DNA from: a virus
Lineage: Duplodnaviria > Caudoviricetes
DNA length: 25,785 nt
IMG/VR virus record: IMGVR_UViG_3300044674_001416
Span: 1 to 25,785 of that record
Direction: 5' to 3' (one strand)
Below are positions 24,050 to 25,785 of this stretch, one piece after another. Position 1 is the stretch's first letter; each line of letters begins with the position of its first letter. The position numbers and the translations under genes were made by a program. Under the pieces are notes generated by a model. That model made no database searches, was not told where the DNA came from, and saw only the letters and a program-made list of their open reading frames with translations.

Positions 24050-24495
24050 TATCTAACCAGTCTGTTGAAATGGACTGGTTGCTTCTCAGCGTCTTGGATC
24101 ACAGAATCTTGATTGTAGTCATATTTCACACCCTGTCTGAGACAAAGGTCAAACTCCTCCTGGAATCTTTCCTTGTAGTATGACATCTTCTCCCTGTACA
24201 CATCTGATTCAGGTGTGAAGGTTGATAGGCGTGGGTATATGTAGTATGCCAAACAGTGGAACACAGCGGCCCTCTTCCATTGTGAATCTACCAATAGGTC
24301 AAAGTTGATGTCAGCGTATGCGGCCCTTGTGATATCATAATCCCTGTATATCGCTCTTGGCCACCACTCTATCTCAATCAGTCTGTTGATGTCATCATAG
24401 GTCTTTTGGTGTAGGTCTTTGAAGTTTGGAATCCCCAGTTCTAAGATGTCTGGTTCATATTCCTTCAGATCTGTGTCTGTAGCATATTGTGCCAT
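24049..24495 (-). CDS. Head-tail adaptor protein
   Basis: First gene after the MCP; YAT..DL..Y.P N-terminus; helical; C-terminal RLVR. Confidence 0.75.
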   Translation of the reverse strand: MAQYATDTDLKEYEPDILELGIPNFKDLHQKTYDDINRLIEIEWWPRAIYRDYDITRAAYADINFDLLVDSQWKRAAVFHCLAYYIYPRLSTFTPESDVYREKMSYYKERFQEEFDLCLRQGVKYDYNQDSVIQDAEKQPVHFNRLVR

Positions 24496-24542
24496 TTAAA
24501 TGGTCCTTCCTTGTTTTGTTCCAGTCCTTCTGTGAACAACAT

Positions 24543-24548
24543 TATTTA
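24543..24548 (-). promoter_or_regulatory. TAAATA box restarting transcription after the capsid terminator
   Basis: Lies between the terminator and ATG 24495, in sense orientation. Confidence 0.6.
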
Positions 24549-24579
24549 GTGGAGGCTGGAACTCTTAATGTAGTTGTAT

Positions 24580-24611
24580 AAAAAAAGGGCGATAGTTGCC
24601 TACCGCCCTTT
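24580..24611 (-). terminator. Intrinsic terminator after the major capsid gene
   Basis: On -: AAAGGGCGGTAG-GCAA-CTATCGCCC-TTTTTTT. Confidence 0.92.
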
Positions 24612-24643
24612 GATATACCTGGAGGTTAATCTCTTATTGGTTA

Positions 24644-25516
24644 TTAGCCAATAGTTGATTCACCTTTTAGTTTAACACCATAAGTGTTTTTCAGGATAGC
24701 GTTTCCTCTTGCTGTTGAGCCAACAAATTCCACCGCTCTGGCAGAAACTTGTTCTTGGCTTTTCACAACAATTGGTCTTTTCACTATGTGTCCAAAACAC
24801 TGTGGGCTGAATACAGCACCAACACTGTCATTGGCTGAGTCATTAGCAACCGCTGTAGACATAAACATCTTAACATTGTAAAGTCTGCCCATAAAAGCAG
24901 ATTTTGATAAGATGTCATTTCCAACTGTTGACATAGCGTTAGCACTTGTTCCAACACCAGCACCTTGTAAAAGGTTAGCGATGTGGTAAGCAACTGATGG
25001 GTTGATCACACAGTAGTAATCACCATCCGCGTCTGTTGGAGCGTTGTTGTTTCTTAAAGTGTACACTGCCTGTAATACTTTGGCAGGAGTCACTTCAGCA
25101 CCACCTGTTCCAACTACATTGGTTAAGTTGTCAAAGAACGCGAAAGCGTTGCTGTCAATCTTCTCACCAATAGCATTACCTAACATCTGACCAATGTCAG
25201 CGGCAACATCTCTGTTTGACGCTTCTCTTAATAGGTCTGTTAAGTCTGCTCTGGCACCAATCTCAGCGGCAGTAATTGTCACTGATGCTGGAGTGATTGA
25301 TTCAGATGATGTTAGTGGTGTGCCTTCAGTTAAGTCTGCGGCACTGATTTCTGGATACACAGGTATCTGTGCTGTTAATCCAGGTGTTCCTGTCATATCA
25401 AAGACAGTGAACAGGTCACCAGCGATTGATCTTTCAGACGCTGTGAAAATTGCCTCTTGTAAGACATTTGTCAACAACGCTGACGCTGATGAACTTGTGT
25501 TGTTATATGTAGCCAT
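24644..25516 (-). CDS. Major capsid protein (HK97 fold inferred)
   Basis: 290 aa; G.T.QIP.Y...A..LTEG, E.G....LTD, INPS, G.LY.V..F.S; AGAGGAG RBS; between scaffold and terminator. Confidence 0.9.
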   Translation of the reverse strand: MATYNNTSSSASALLTNVLQEAIFTASERSIAGDLFTVFDMTGTPGLTAQIPVYPEISAADLTEGTPLTSSESITPASVTITAAEIGARADLTDLLREASNRDVAADIGQMLGNAIGEKIDSNAFAFFDNLTNVVGTGGAEVTPAKVLQAVYTLRNNNAPTDADGDYYCVINPSVAYHIANLLQGAGVGTSANAMSTVGNDILSKSAFMGRLYNVKMFMSTAVANDSANDSVGAVFSPQCFGHIVKRPIVVKSQEQVSARAVEFVGSTARGNAILKNTYGVKLKGESTIG

Positions 25517-25549
25517 TATATTTCTCCTCTGGTTCTACAAGTTGTTAGT

Positions 25550-25785
25550 TTAAATGATCTGTCTATTCTTCTTCAGGCGTTCATTTCTTAATTGCTTATA
25601 GATCGCTCTGTGTTCTGAATTGTTCAGATCCAATTTACTGATGTCAACTTGTCCAGTACCTGTGGTTGAAGAAGTATTGCTTTGACTGCCTGCTCCTTTG
25701 GGTCCTGGTTGAGAGAAATGTGGATTCTTGTCCAACCACTCTTTTACCATTGTATCAACTGTGTAGGGATCACCAGTTTCAGTGT
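25550..25785 (-). CDS. Capsid scaffolding protein, C-terminal fragment (starts outside window)
   Basis: Frame is open to the window edge: ...TETGDPYTVDTMVKEWLDKNPHF...GAGS...LDLNN..HRAIYKQ; directly upstream of the MCP. Confidence 0.75.
   Translation of the reverse strand, partial: TETGDPYTVDTMVKEWLDKNPHFSQPGPKGAGSQSNTSSTTGTGQVDISKLDLNNSEHRAIYKQLRNERLKKNRQII

Noticed and set aside
1-25785. Alternative genetic code or stop-codon reassignment
   Set aside because: Genes tile tightly under the standard code, and TAA, TAG and TGA all act as stops next to downstream starts.

Overview
About 25.8 kb of a small tailed dsDNA phage with siphovirus-type morphogenesis genes; the gene content resembles aquatic/marine phages, and the host cannot be determined. 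Almost all genes are on the - strand. Read right to left: scaffold C-terminus, major capsid, neck and tail-completion genes, tail tube, tail chaperone(s), tape measure, distal tail, hub, a GNAT, tail tip and receptor-binding proteins (25785-14031); an ~8 kb early/accessory region of short genes, most with their own consensus sigma70 promoter, plus several hairpin-rich non-coding stretches (14006-5802); a fibre/LamG/sulfotransferase module; terminase small subunit; an inserted beta-rich gene; and the start of the terminase large subunit (5754-1). The window runs from inside terL to inside the scaffold, so it probably holds most of a ~30 kb genome (inference), yet I can recognise no replication, integration, sigma-factor, methyltransferase or endolysin gene. 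Three signals stand out. (1) Extreme motif avoidance: CpG occurs almost only as GCG/CGC, and I saw no CATG, TGCA, AGCT, CTAG or GCWGC; this removes His-[G/V/D/E] dipeptides from the proteome. (2) T4-late-type TAAATA boxes sit in front of late genes. (3) There are several promoter-driven structured RNA candidates, including one of ~400 nt. Together these suggest, without proving it, a virion-autonomous but helper-dependent phage. All counts were made by eye and all family assignments come from recalled motifs, not database searches.
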